A stretch of DNA of 64,000 bases from Mangrovimonas sp. YM274 (lineage in GTDB: Bacteria > Bacteroidota > Bacteroidia > Flavobacteriales > Flavobacteriaceae): assembly GCF_030908385.1 (NCBI RefSeq), contig NZ_CP133091.1:1658128-1722127 (forward strand), written 5' to 3'. The notes under the pieces were generated by a model. That model made no database searches and was not told the origin of the DNA. It worked only from the letters and a program-made list of their open reading frames with translations. Positions 36,696 to 46,325 of the stretch are shown piece after piece (position 1 is the stretch's first letter; every line of letters starts with the position of its first letter). Position numbers and translations under genes: made by a program.

Positions 36696-38015
36696 ATGAA
36701 ATTTATAGTAAACATTTGCCGGCTCTTGGTAGGGGCACTTTTTATTTTTTCAGGATTTATAAAATTGAACGACCCACTAGGGTTTTCCTATAAGCTTCAA
36801 GAATACTTTAGCTACGACGTGTTGAACATCCCTTCCTTAGAGCCTTATGCCTTGGGGATTTCGGTATTCGTTGTGATTTTTGAAGTGGTTTTGGGAGTGT
36901 TCCTTTTGGTGGGCTACAAGCCTAAATTCACTGTATGGAGTTTGTTGGGCATGATTGTGTTCTTCACATTCTTGACGTTCTACTCAGCGTATTTTGATAA
37001 GGTTAAAGACTGTGGTTGTTTTGGAGATGCCATTAAACTAACCCCATGGGAATCCTTTACAAAAGACGTGATTTTGTTGGTGCTAATATTGGTGCTATTC
37101 TTCAATGTTAGGTATATCAAGCCAATCTTCAGTAAGTTGGGAGTGACCATGGTGTCGCTATTGAGCTTTATTGTGTGTATGTGGTTTGCCTATCATGTGC
37201 TTATGCATTTGCCTGCTATCGATTTTAGAGCCTACAATATAGGAAGCAATATTCAGGAAAAAATGAGTATTCCAGAAGGTGCTAAAGAGCCAGTTATGGA
37301 ATGGAAATGGTTGTTTAAGGTGGATGGTGAAGAAAAAGAATTTGTGACCAACGGAAGTTACCCAAGCGTAGATGGGGAATACATCAGTGTGGAAACAACG
37401 GTGATTGAACCTGGTTACGAGCCAACTATTTTGGATTTCTCCATAGAGTCGGAAGAAGATGACTTCACGGCACATTTTCTTGAAGAAGACCATTTGGTAA
37501 TGGTGGTAAGTTATAGCTTGGAAAGTGCCGAAAAAGAAGGGTTGAATGCCCTAAAAACAATTACGGATCAGGCTATTGAAAATGGCTATACCGTAATTGG
37601 ATTATCGGCTTCGGGGACTCCTGTAAAGCAAAAGATAAAAGAAGACTATAAATTGGATTTCGATTTTTATTTGTGTGATGAAAAAGTGCTGAAAACCATC
37701 GTGCGTTCCAATCCAGGAGTGTTGGTATTGGAAAAAGGTACCATCATGCAGAAAGTACATTGGAACGATGTTGATGATTTAGACCTTCCTAAAGTCGCCC
37801 GCAAGCCAGAACCTAAGGTTGAAAAAGTGCCAGAAGAGCATATTGTGTATTTTATCAATGATGAACGTGCTACCAAGGAGGCTTTTGATGCTTTGGATTC
37901 TACTATGATCCAACAAATGGAAGTTATCAAGGACAGCACTTTGTTAAAAGAACTTGAGTTGGAAGCTGATGAGCAAGCCACAGGAGCTATAAAAGTGACC
38001 CTTAAAGACAACTAG
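36696..38015 (+). CDS. BT_3928-family protein (DoxX-like membrane domain plus thioredoxin-like/TlpA-like domain)
   Basis: 439 aa. An N-terminal DoxX-type 4-TM region with CGCFG is followed by a soluble C-terminal domain. Confidence 0.6.
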   Translation: MKFIVNICRLLVGALFIFSGFIKLNDPLGFSYKLQEYFSYDVLNIPSLEPYALGISVFVVIFEVVLGVFLLVGYKPKFTVWSLLGMIVFFTFLTFYSAYFDKVKDCGCFGDAIKLTPWESFTKDVILLVLILVLFFNVRYIKPIFSKLGVTMVSLLSFIVCMWFAYHVLMHLPAIDFRAYNIGSNIQEKMSIPEGAKEPVMEWKWLFKVDGEEKEFVTNGSYPSVDGEYISVETTVIEPGYEPTILDFSIESEEDDFTAHFLEEDHLVMVVSYSLESAEKEGLNALKTITDQAIENGYTVIGLSASGTPVKQKIKEDYKLDFDFYLCDEKVLKTIVRSNPGVLVLEKGTIMQKVHWNDVDDLDLPKVARKPEPKVEKVPEEHIVYFINDERATKEAFDALDSTMIQQMEVIKDSTLLKELELEADEQATGAIKVTLKDN

Positions 38016-38019
38016 CTGC

Positions 38020-39096
38020 TTGGTCAATTATCTGTTAAATAAAATATGGTATGCGCTGCTCACTTTGTTTGGAGTGGTAACCGTTATATTCTTTTTATTT
38101 AATGTATTGCCAGGCGATCCTGCCCAAATGATGTTGGGGCAAAATGAAGATAGTAAGCAATTGGCGGCCGTTAAGGCAAAATATGGTTTTGATAAGCCTA
38201 TTTCTACCCAATATGCTTACTATTTAAACGATTTGTCTCCGGTGTCTTTCCATTCTACAAACCCAGAGGATTATACCTTTTTAAGACCTGGAAAATATTC
38301 GGCGATGCCACTTTTTGAAGTCGGTAAGACCGATGTTGTTTTAAAACTACCCTATTTACGGGAGTCCTTTACCAAACAAGGAAAAGAAGTCAGTCAAGTG
38401 ATTGCTGAGACGCTCCCAAATACGTTTGTGTTGGCTATTTCAGCCATAATCATCGCTATAGGAGTGGGGATATTTTTAGGAATAGTATCTGCACTTTGCA
38501 AAGACCAATGGTTGGACAAGGTTATTCAGGTGTTGAGTACTTTGGGCATGAGTGTCCCTTCATTTTTCAGTGCCATTTTGTTCGCTTGGTTTTTTGGTTT
38601 TGTATTACATGAATACACCCATTTGGAAATGACCGGAAGCTTATATGAAATGGACGATTTTGGCGAAGGCATCCACATAAAATGGAAAAACTTGATATTA
38701 CCTTCCATTGTTTTGGGGATTCGTCCGTTGGCAGTGGTCATTCAATTGATGCGAAATTCCTTGTTGGAAGTATTTAACCAAGATTATATCAGGACGGCTA
38801 GAGCTAAGGGACTGAGCGAATTTCAAATTATAAAAAAACATGCCCTCAAAAATGCCATGAATCCTGTGGTAACGGCTATTTCCGGTTGGTTTGCCTCGAT
38901 GTTGGCAGGCGCTGTTTTTGTGGAATATATTTTTGGTTGGAACGGTTTGGGAAAGGAAATCGTAAATGCCCTAAACACTTTGGATCTCCCCGTTATCATG
39001 GGTTCGGTGCTGATTATTGCCACCCTCTTCGTAATTATTAATATTTTTGTAGATATTATTTATGCTTGGTTGGATCCCAAGGTGAAATTGGAATAG
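38020..39096 (+). CDS. ABC transporter permease (DppB/OppB-like)
   Basis: 358 aa from a TTG start. The N-terminus is DppB-like (LLNKIWYALLTLFGVVTVIFFLFNVLPGDP) and it has an EAA-type loop (TARAKGLSEFQIIKKHALKNA). Confidence 0.75.
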   Translation: MVNYLLNKIWYALLTLFGVVTVIFFLFNVLPGDPAQMMLGQNEDSKQLAAVKAKYGFDKPISTQYAYYLNDLSPVSFHSTNPEDYTFLRPGKYSAMPLFEVGKTDVVLKLPYLRESFTKQGKEVSQVIAETLPNTFVLAISAIIIAIGVGIFLGIVSALCKDQWLDKVIQVLSTLGMSVPSFFSAILFAWFFGFVLHEYTHLEMTGSLYEMDDFGEGIHIKWKNLILPSIVLGIRPLAVVIQLMRNSLLEVFNQDYIRTARAKGLSEFQIIKKHALKNAMNPVVTAISGWFASMLAGAVFVEYIFGWNGLGKEIVNALNTLDLPVIMGSVLIIATLFVIINIFVDIIYAWLDPKVKLE

Positions 39097-39122
39097 GGGC
39101 TGGGCAACAAAACAGTAATGTT

Positions 39123-39614
39123 ATGAAAGCAATAAAAGTTTTAGTTCTGGTTCTTTTGGTGTGTATTGGCTGTAAAGCTCAAGATGACCCCGCGACATTT
39201 TCAGAAACGGCATTGAAGGACACATTTTTAACACTTGAAGGGCAGGAACTGGCTTTTGAAGAAATATTAGCAAAATACAAAGGCAAAACTATTCTAATAG
39301 ATGTTTGGGCCTCTTGGTGCAAAGATTGTCTACAAGGCTTGCCTAAAGTGAAATCTTTACAACAGCAGAAAAAAAATGTGGTTTACTTATTTTTATCATT
39401 GGATAGGTCTGTAGAATCTTGGAAATTTGGAATTGAAAAATATGGCGTAGACGGAGAGCATTACTATATGCAATCTGGAAGGAAAGGGGATTTTGGGAAT
39501 TTTGCCAATCTGGACTGGATTCCAAGGTACATGGTCGTGTCACCAAAGGGAGATATAAGACTTTTTAGAGCGGTGCAGGCCAACGACCCAAAGATTCTTA
39601 AAGCATTGAAATAA
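39123..39614 (+). CDS. TlpA-like thioredoxin-family lipoprotein (thiol:disulfide oxidoreductase)
   Basis: The ATG at 39123 (MKAIKVLVLVLLVCIGC) gives a lipoprotein signal. It has the WCKDC active site. Confidence 0.7.
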   Translation: MKAIKVLVLVLLVCIGCKAQDDPATFSETALKDTFLTLEGQELAFEEILAKYKGKTILIDVWASWCKDCLQGLPKVKSLQQQKKNVVYLFLSLDRSVESWKFGIEKYGVDGEHYYMQSGRKGDFGNFANLDWIPRYMVVSPKGDIRLFRAVQANDPKILKALK

Positions 39615-39664
39615 AAACAAAAGTTTAATTAATAAAAATCCTTCAGCAGAAGGTTAGTATTGAA

Positions 39665-40414
39665 ATGAGAAAACACATTGTAGCAGGAAACTGGAAAATG
39701 AACAATGATTTGTCTATGACGGAGACATTGATTTCTGAACTGAAAAAACAAACTATTACATCGGATGCTGAAGTGATGATTGCTCCGGTATTTACCAACC
39801 TATGGCCAGCCTATCAAGCTTTAAAGGATAGCGATATAGGAGTAATTGCGCAAAACATGCACTTTGCAGAAAGTGGAGCCTATACAGGGGAGGTAAGTGC
39901 TGATATGCTTAAAAGTGTAGGGGTTAAAACGGTTATCCTAGGACATAGTGAACGAAGAGAGTATTTTAACGAAACAGACGAGCTGTTGGCCAAAAAGGTA
40001 GATGCCGCTTTAGCAAATCAAATGCGTGTTATTTTCTGTTTTGGAGAGGAATTGGCAGAAAGAAAGGCAGGCAAAGAGCAAGAGGTTGTAGGGTCTCAAA
40101 TTGCCAATGCATTGTTCCATCTGGATGCTTCGGCTTTTAAACATATTGTTTTGGCCTATGAGCCTGTTTGGGCCATTGGTACAGGAGAAACCGCTTCGCC
40201 AGAGCAAGCTCAGGATATGCATGCCTTTATTAGAAAAACTTTAGCCGATAAATATGGCGCTGAGGTTGCCGATGAGGTTTCCATTTTATATGGAGGAAGC
40301 GTAAAGCCAGCTAATGCTCAGGAGATTTTTTCTAAGCCTGATGTTGACGGTGGATTGATTGGAGGGGCGTCATTAAAAGCAGATGATTTCTTTGCCATTG
40401 TAAACGCCTTTTAA
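39665..40414 (+). CDS. tpiA: Triose-phosphate isomerase
   Basis: 249 aa. It has the catalytic motifs VAGNWKMN, ILGHSERR and AYEPVWAIGTG. Confidence 0.95.
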   Translation: MRKHIVAGNWKMNNDLSMTETLISELKKQTITSDAEVMIAPVFTNLWPAYQALKDSDIGVIAQNMHFAESGAYTGEVSADMLKSVGVKTVILGHSERREYFNETDELLAKKVDAALANQMRVIFCFGEELAERKAGKEQEVVGSQIANALFHLDASAFKHIVLAYEPVWAIGTGETASPEQAQDMHAFIRKTLADKYGAEVADEVSILYGGSVKPANAQEIFSKPDVDGGLIGGASLKADDFFAIVNAF

Positions 40415-40441
40415 AGACTAAATGATATTTACAAATAAAGA

Positions 40442-40479
40442 ATCCCACAGCCGGTATAGAGACTGTGGGATTTTTTTTA
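40442..40479 (+). terminator. Rho-independent terminator after tpiA
   Basis: The stem atcccacag / ctgtgggat is followed by a T8 tract. Confidence 0.65.
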
Positions 40480-40540
40480 TGAAAACGTTAAAAAGTGTGG
40501 TGGCTATTCTAGGTTTCCTAAATTTGCAAAAATTTTAACT

Positions 40541-41374
40541 ATGTCTGAAATATACATTGGGTATGAATTTAAGGTGGCTCCATTAAGTCCCGGTACCGAA
40601 ATATTAATTGCAGAATTGGGCTATGCTGGTTTTGAGAGCTTCGTGGAAACCGAAGAAGGGGTGACTGCTTATATCCAAAAAGAGGAATGGAATGAAGACA
40701 TCTTGGAGGATATACAGGTTTTGAAATCCGAGGAATTTCAGATTAGTTATACGTTTGAAGAAATTGAACAGACCAATTGGAACCAAGAGTGGGAAAAGAA
40801 TTTTAGCCCTATTGTGGTGGACAGCAGTTGTGCTGTAAGAGCGCCTTTTCACGATACCTTTGATACAGAATATGATATTATTATAGAGCCGAAAATGAGC
40901 TTTGGTACAGGGCATCATGAAACCACGCACATGATGATCCAGCATCTGTTAAAAAATGATGTGAAGGACAAATCGGTATTGGATATGGGGTGCGGTACTG
41001 GTGTTTTGGCAATTTTAGCCGAAATGAAAGGCGCACATCCTATCGATGCCATCGACATTGATAATTGGTGTTACCTGAACAGTTTGGAAAATGTAGAGCG
41101 CAATAATTGCAAACACATCACCGTTTATGAAGGCGATGCGCAATTATTGGAAGGAAGACAGTATGATGTGATAATTGCCAACATTAATCGCAATATTCTT
41201 CTAAATGACCTGAAATATTACAGCAAATGTCTTAATCCGGGGGGGGGCATGTTTTTAAGCGGATTTTATAAAGATGACATAGAAGTCATTGAAAAAGAAT
41301 GTGCTACCCATGGCTTGAAATGTGTTGAAATTTTGGAAAAAAACCATTGGGTTGCCCTAAAATTCTTAAATTAG
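40541..41374 (+). CDS. prmA: Ribosomal protein L11 methyltransferase
   Basis: 277 aa. It has the PrmA N-terminal domain and the SAM motif VLDMGCGTGVLAI. Confidence 0.85.
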   Translation: MSEIYIGYEFKVAPLSPGTEILIAELGYAGFESFVETEEGVTAYIQKEEWNEDILEDIQVLKSEEFQISYTFEEIEQTNWNQEWEKNFSPIVVDSSCAVRAPFHDTFDTEYDIIIEPKMSFGTGHHETTHMMIQHLLKNDVKDKSVLDMGCGTGVLAILAEMKGAHPIDAIDIDNWCYLNSLENVERNNCKHITVYEGDAQLLEGRQYDVIIANINRNILLNDLKYYSKCLNPGGGMFLSGFYKDDIEVIEKECATHGLKCVEILEKNHWVALKFLN

Positions 41375-41418
41375 GGATTAATTAGTCTTATTATCAATAT
41401 ATTACGTTTTTTGAGATT

Positions 41419-41694
41419 ATGAGTGTTAGAGAAAAAACATCGGAAGATTTACTGTATGCAGAAGAAGTCCTAAAACAAAATGAGATAGTATTGTACAACG
41501 ATGATGTCAATACCTTTGACCATGTTATCGAGACGCTTATGCATGCCTGCGACCATACACCTGAACAGGCCGAGCAATGTTCCATTATTGTTCATTACAA
41601 TGGAAAATGTACTGTAAAAACAGGTGATTATGACGATTTATTGCCACGTTGCTCCAAGATGCTGGAGGCAGGCTTAAGCGCTGAAATTGTATAG
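41419..41694 (+). CDS. clpS: ATP-dependent Clp protease adaptor ClpS
   Basis: 91 aa. It has the ClpS core (VLYNDDVNTFDHVIETLM...). Confidence 0.85.
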   Translation: MSVREKTSEDLLYAEEVLKQNEIVLYNDDVNTFDHVIETLMHACDHTPEQAEQCSIIVHYNGKCTVKTGDYDDLLPRCSKMLEAGLSAEIV

Positions 41695-41700
41695 TTTCTT

Positions 41701-42117
41701 TTAGTGAGGTAATCTATCTTTCAACTTCCCATAAACATAAGTGCCCAATGTGGCAGCTAGGATAACTATGAGCATAGAAAACACACCTGTACCTACCAAT
41801 ATGTACATGGGGCCAGGGCAGGCTCCAGAAAGTGCCCATCCCAATCCAAAAATAGTACCTCCAAGAATGTAGCGTATCAGTCCCTTTTCTTTTTTGGGAA
41901 CATTTAGCAATTGGCCAGCTAAGTTTTTTAAGTGCATTTTTTTTGAGATCAATAGAATTAATACCCCAGTGGTAACGGCGCTCCCTATAATACCATACAT
42001 GTGAAAGGATTCAAAACGAAACATTTCATAAATACGGTACCAAGACACAGCTTCCGACTTTACCAAAACAATCCCAAATAGGATTCCAACCAATAGAAAC
42101 TTTATATATTTTGTCAT
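41701..42117 (-). CDS. YeeE/YedE-family (DUF395) sulfur-compound transporter, C-terminal half-type
   Basis: 138 aa and polytopic with a GACPG motif. Confidence 0.75.
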   Translation of the reverse strand: MTKYIKFLLVGILFGIVLVKSEAVSWYRIYEMFRFESFHMYGIIGSAVTTGVLILLISKKMHLKNLAGQLLNVPKKEKGLIRYILGGTIFGLGWALSGACPGPMYILVGTGVFSMLIVILAATLGTYVYGKLKDRLPH

Positions 42118-42126
42118 AATGTATGT

Positions 42127-42726
42127 CTAAAAAATTAAGGGAAACAAAACGTGAATCATAATAAGCCCTCCAATAAAAAAGCCAATCACAGCAATTAACG
42201 AGGGGAGTTGCAAACTACTTAGCCCAGTAATGGCATGACCCGAGGTACAGCCACCAGCGTAACGGGTGCCAAAGCCTACAAGAAACCCTCCAATAATTAA
42301 AATGGCCAGTCCTTTAGTGGATAGTACAGCATCCCAACTAAAAAGCTCTTGAGGTAGTAATGATTTGCCTACGTTGTCGAAACCAAGTTGGTTAAGACTC
42401 TCTACGGTAGAAGGGTTTAAATCTATGTTGGTTGGGGCCGAAAGTAAAAAATGAGCAATAAACCCACCAATTACAGCTCCCGCCACCACTACCAAGTTCC
42501 ATTTTTGATCTCTCCAATTAAAATTAAAGAAAGGTACTTTTTTTCCTGCACCGCCAATGGCACAAAATGTTCTTAAATTAGAGGACATTCCAAAGGTTTT
42601 GCCGAAATACAAAAGAAGGAACATCACGATTGCTATTAATGGGCCACTAACATACCAGGGCCAAGGTTGAAGAATATAATCCATAGAAATTTTTAAAAAG
42701 TCGCAAAAGTAAACAGTTTGTTTCAT
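42127..42726 (-). CDS. YeeE/YedE-family (DUF395) sulfur-compound transporter, N-terminal half-type
   Basis: 199 aa with a GGCTSGH motif. The start may be the internal ATG at 42684. It is adjacent to its sister half. Confidence 0.75.
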   Translation of the reverse strand: MKQTVYFCDFLKISMDYILQPWPWYVSGPLIAIVMFLLLYFGKTFGMSSNLRTFCAIGGAGKKVPFFNFNWRDQKWNLVVVAGAVIGGFIAHFLLSAPTNIDLNPSTVESLNQLGFDNVGKSLLPQELFSWDAVLSTKGLAILIIGGFLVGFGTRYAGGCTSGHAITGLSSLQLPSLIAVIGFFIGGLIMIHVLFPLIF

Positions 42727-42841
42727 TTGCTATGTAATAAATGTTACTTAAAGATATTAAACTTTGTACTATGAAATATGCAAATGGAAAAACTATTGAA
42801 ATTTTTTCTAGAAATGTTTGGATGTTTTTTAATAAATGCCT

Positions 42842-42849
42842 TATATTTG
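42842..42849 (+). promoter_or_regulatory. Bacteroidetes -7 box TATATTTG for tRNA-Arg
   Basis: It is an exact TAnnTTTG match 16 nt upstream of the mature tRNA 5' end. The box and following bases (ttatatttgcacc) are identical upstream of tRNA-Ser. Confidence 0.45.
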
Positions 42850-42864
42850 CACCCACAAAAAAAC

Positions 42865-42938
42865 GGCCTCGTGGCGCAACTGAATAGCGCATCTGATTAC
42901 GGCTCAGAAGGTTACAGGTTTGAATCCTGTCGAGGTCA
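42865..42938 (+). tRNA. tRNA-Arg (anticodon ACG)
   Basis: The 74 nt cloverleaf has a GGCCTCG/CGAGGTC acceptor, a GCGC D-stem, an anticodon stem TCTGA/TCAGA with loop TTACGGC, and a T-arm ACAGG-TTTGAAT-CCTGT. Confidence 0.8.
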
Positions 42939-42964
42939 CTTTTGAAATGGAAATTAGTTCAAGA

Positions 42965-42996
42965 ACCACTTAAATCCCAGGATTTAAGTGGTTTTC
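42965..42996 (+). terminator. Intrinsic terminator after tRNA-Arg
   Basis: An 11 bp stem ccacttaaatc / gatttaagtgg is followed by tttt. Confidence 0.55.
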
Positions 42997-43191
42997 CTTT
43001 TTAAGGATGTTACTTCATTTTTTACCTAGGCAATTCTATAGGCATTCTTCGTACTATTTACTTTTTTAATCCTATTGTATACTATGTATATGGTTTGGGT
43101 GTTTTCAAGGTTTCTTCCGAATATTACAATACTTTTTCTTAATACTGTTAACCACTACTTTAAAAAGAATTGGACATTTGAAAATGAATAG

Positions 43192-43998
43192 ATGTCTAAT
43201 GTAAACAATATGAAAATGAAAAATAGAGTAGCAATTATTACAGGCGCCGCAATGGGGCTGGGTTTTGCAGCAGCAAAAGAACTGGCTTCAGAGGGAATGG
43301 ATCTGGTTTTGGTTGACTATAATGACAAAAGTTTAAATGATGCTCAGGTAGAGCTTGAAAAAGATTTTCCGGCGGTAAAAATTATTACAATTGTAGCAGA
43401 TGTATCAAATGAGGAGGCGGTAAAAAATTATGTAGATGAAACCGTAAAAGTATTTGGTAGAATTGATGCGCTTTATAACAATGCTGGTATTGAAGGGAAG
43501 CAGGCAGGCATGACCGAGTATGATGTGGATGTTTTCAAAAAGGTAATTGATATAAACTTGATGGGAGTTTATTATGGAATGCGTTACGTAATACCTGTAA
43601 TGCAGGAGCAGAAGTACGGACGTATCGTGAATGTAGCCTCGGTTGGGGGTATTCGTGGAGTTCTTAACCAAACACCTTATGTGGCAAGTAAGCATGCTGT
43701 TTCTGGAATGACTAAAAATGCAGCTTTGGAGTATGGTAGAGATGGAATTCTTACTAATGCTATTGCCCCAGGAGCAATCCTTACGCCAATGGTTGCAGAA
43801 GCGTTCAAGCAGGTTAATCCAGAGGATCCTCAGGCAGCCGAAACAGAGTATGCACAACGAAATCCTACGAAACGTTTAGGGAAACCTGAGGAAGTAGCTA
43901 AGTTAGTAGCGTTCTTGTTGAGTGAAGATAATGGCTATGTAAGCGGTCAAACTATTGCTGTTGATGGGGGAGAATCCAATATTTATGGAAACTCCTAA
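43192..43998 (+). CDS. SDR-family oxidoreductase (3-oxoacyl-ACP reductase-like)
   Basis: It has TGAAMGLG for NAD(P) binding and the catalytic YVASK. An alternative start is at 43210. Confidence 0.85.
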   Translation: MSNVNNMKMKNRVAIITGAAMGLGFAAAKELASEGMDLVLVDYNDKSLNDAQVELEKDFPAVKIITIVADVSNEEAVKNYVDETVKVFGRIDALYNNAGIEGKQAGMTEYDVDVFKKVIDINLMGVYYGMRYVIPVMQEQKYGRIVNVASVGGIRGVLNQTPYVASKHAVSGMTKNAALEYGRDGILTNAIAPGAILTPMVAEAFKQVNPEDPQAAETEYAQRNPTKRLGKPEEVAKLVAFLLSEDNGYVSGQTIAVDGGESNIYGNS

Positions 43999-44132
43999 AG
44001 GGAGCAACATTTGCCGTTAAGGCTAAAGTTGTTTTCAAGTAATTAATATTGGGCAAAGTTCCGGTGACTGTATAGACTTATGTAAAGCGGTCTATAAGTG
44101 ATAGGAGGTTTGCCCAATTTTTGTTTTAGGAA

Positions 44133-45470
44133 TTAAGACAGTTTTGAAATGAGAGGACGTAAAACTCGTTGTATGTCGATGGAATCTTTTTGGGGAATCA
44201 AAAAAGGTTCAAGGTCTTCTGGATGGACTATTTGTTCTTCTTTTTCTACAAATCCATAACCTTTGTAAGTACCATTTTGGATGAGGATAAAGGCATTTTC
44301 TTCTGGATGTCTACCTGGTTGTTCTATGATTAAATTTTCAGATTCGTTTTTAACTTGGTGGATTGCTTTTTGCACTCTTAGGTTGTATGCACTTACAGCT
44401 TCTTCTTGGCGACAAATACCATGACAGTTGTGGATGGCATAGTGGGAACATTGGGAGACTCCTTCTTGTAAATGGCAATATTTTGGACATAATTCGTAGG
44501 TTTTACACAGATTCTCCAGATAGTTTCTGCACTCTCTAATGCCGTGAAAGATCTGTATGGGATTAGGAGAGGATTTTAGTTGGTTATAGGCTAGGTGCAT
44601 AATGCCTTGGCGGTCTATATACGAAAATATAGCATAGTTTTTAGGAGGGCGTTTTGCGGCTTGGTTGTATAAGGGAAAATGATGTTTGATAGCAGCATCT
44701 TCCATTAATAGAGCTATGGTCTCACTTCCTGATAGTTCAAAGTCTATATCGGCTGTTTCTCGGCAAAGGTTAAGCTCTTTGTTGGATTTGTTGTAAAAAT
44801 GCCCTAAAACCCTTTTTTTGAGGTCTTTTGCTTTGCCGACATAAATAATCTTGCCTTTTTTATTTTTGAAGTAATAAATTCCTGCTGCATTAGGGATTTG
44901 GTTGAATACTTTACTGGGTAAATGAGGCGGTAGGGTAGCTTCTTTGGAGGATTTTTTAAGGAAGCTGTTAAAGATAGCCTCAGCATTATCTTGAGCAAGT
45001 AACATTTCAAACAATATTACTGTTGCATCGGCATCTCCCTTTGCTCGGTGGCGATCTTGAATATTTATATCAAGAGCTTTACAGAGTTTGCCTAAGCTGT
45101 AGGAGTGGTGTCCAGGCAATAGCTTTCTGGATAAACGTATGGTACAAAGCTTTCGTCTGTTGAAATCGATGCCAAGCGTTTTAAATTCGTTCCTGATGAT
45201 ATTGTAATCAAAATTGACGTTATGGGCCACAAAAATACACCCTTCGGTAAGTTCTATGACCTTATCGGCAATATCAGCAAACACAGGGGCGTTTGCAACC
45301 ATATAATTGTCTATTCCTGTAAGAGCGGTAATATAATCTGGTATTAAAACTTCGGGGTTGACCAAGGAAGTGAACTCGTCAATAACATTGGTGCCATTAT
45401 GTTTTAAAATGGATATTTCTGTAATCTTGTCCTTTCCTGTGGTTTCAATATCAATGATTGTATAGTGCAT
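44133..45470 (-). CDS. DnaQ-like 3'-5' exonuclease domain fused to a GIY-YIG (UvrC/Cho-like) nuclease domain
   Basis: 445 aa. The Exo I motif IIDIETTG sits at the N-terminus. The GIY-YIG motif GIYYFKNKKGKIIYVGKAKDLKKR is mid-protein. There is a 1 nt overlap with the upstream LexA-like gene. Confidence 0.8.
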   Translation of the reverse strand: MHYTIIDIETTGKDKITEISILKHNGTNVIDEFTSLVNPEVLIPDYITALTGIDNYMVANAPVFADIADKVIELTEGCIFVAHNVNFDYNIIRNEFKTLGIDFNRRKLCTIRLSRKLLPGHHSYSLGKLCKALDINIQDRHRAKGDADATVILFEMLLAQDNAEAIFNSFLKKSSKEATLPPHLPSKVFNQIPNAAGIYYFKNKKGKIIYVGKAKDLKKRVLGHFYNKSNKELNLCRETADIDFELSGSETIALLMEDAAIKHHFPLYNQAAKRPPKNYAIFSYIDRQGIMHLAYNQLKSSPNPIQIFHGIRECRNYLENLCKTYELCPKYCHLQEGVSQCSHYAIHNCHGICRQEEAVSAYNLRVQKAIHQVKNESENLIIEQPGRHPEENAFILIQNGTYKGYGFVEKEEQIVHPEDLEPFLIPQKDSIDIQRVLRPLISKLS

Positions 45471-46240
45471 TATAGACTCTTTTTAAGGGCTTCCAATTCT
45501 ACACCCAAACTGTTGAACATTTCAAGAATACTACTAATTTTTAGTTCGTGTGGGTCATATTCTTGGGTGTTGATGCTACAGGTAAACTCCCAAAGTTCCA
45601 GTACTTCTTCAATAGGCACTTCGTAGGGATGGTACTGTGGGTTGTCTGAAATCAACAGCAGGGTATTATTGTCTTTAATCTGGTCTTTTACCCGCTTGTA
45701 TACCATCCCGTCATTTTGGGTTAATAATATATAAGAGCGTCCATCCATGATGTCACGTCTATCCTCAATAAATTTTCCAACTACATAACTGCCTGGTTTC
45801 AGAGGTAACATAGAATCTCCTTTAATGGGAAAGGCGCGATGTTTACCAGTGGGTAAAAAGGGAAGCTGTATTTTTTCCAGTTGTTCAATATACTCGGGGT
45901 CGTCATAGCCTGCTAAGTACCCAGCGGAAGTTTTTACAGGAACCACTTCAATCAAGTTGTTGTCTTCAGAATCTATTGTAATAGGAAATAGTACCCGTTG
46001 ATTCCGTAGTTCGATAAAGGAATGATCACTTCCTTTAGTCAGGTCGTGGCGTACCAATACATCGATGGGTAACTTAAAGTAATCCGAAAGTTTGATTAGA
46101 ACCTCGATGGGTGGGGCAGAACGCCCTTCTTCATACGAGCTCACACGGGATCTGGTAATGCCAAGGTCTTCTGCTAAAGTTTCTTGAGTAATACGCTTTA
46201 GTTCCCGTAAATGACTAATGTTTTTGGACAGTGTTTTCAT
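45470..46240 (-). CDS. LexA-like repressor (XRE HTH plus S24 peptidase domain)
   Basis: 256 aa. The N-terminal HTH is ITQETLAEDLGITRSRVSSYEEG. The C-terminal S24 domain has the catalytic Ser in GDSM and a downstream Lys. Confidence 0.8.
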   Translation of the reverse strand: MKTLSKNISHLRELKRITQETLAEDLGITRSRVSSYEEGRSAPPIEVLIKLSDYFKLPIDVLVRHDLTKGSDHSFIELRNQRVLFPITIDSEDNNLIEVVPVKTSAGYLAGYDDPEYIEQLEKIQLPFLPTGKHRAFPIKGDSMLPLKPGSYVVGKFIEDRRDIMDGRSYILLTQNDGMVYKRVKDQIKDNNTLLLISDNPQYHPYEVPIEEVLELWEFTCSINTQEYDPHELKISSILEMFNSLGVELEALKKSL

Positions 46241-46252
46241 GGTAAAATATAG

Positions 46253-46276
46253 AAAGAAAGACGATAGATTTTCTTT
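46253..46276. promoter_or_regulatory. Palindrome AAAGAAA-N10-TTTCTTT, a candidate operator, in the divergent lexA-like / polymerase promoter region
   Basis: The sequence is read directly. It is centred in the 85 bp gap between the divergent starts at 46240 and 46326. Confidence 0.3.
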
Positions 46277-46325
46277 GCTACAAATATAAGCAATAACTGC
46301 TCAAATATGTAGCTAACTTTGCGGA

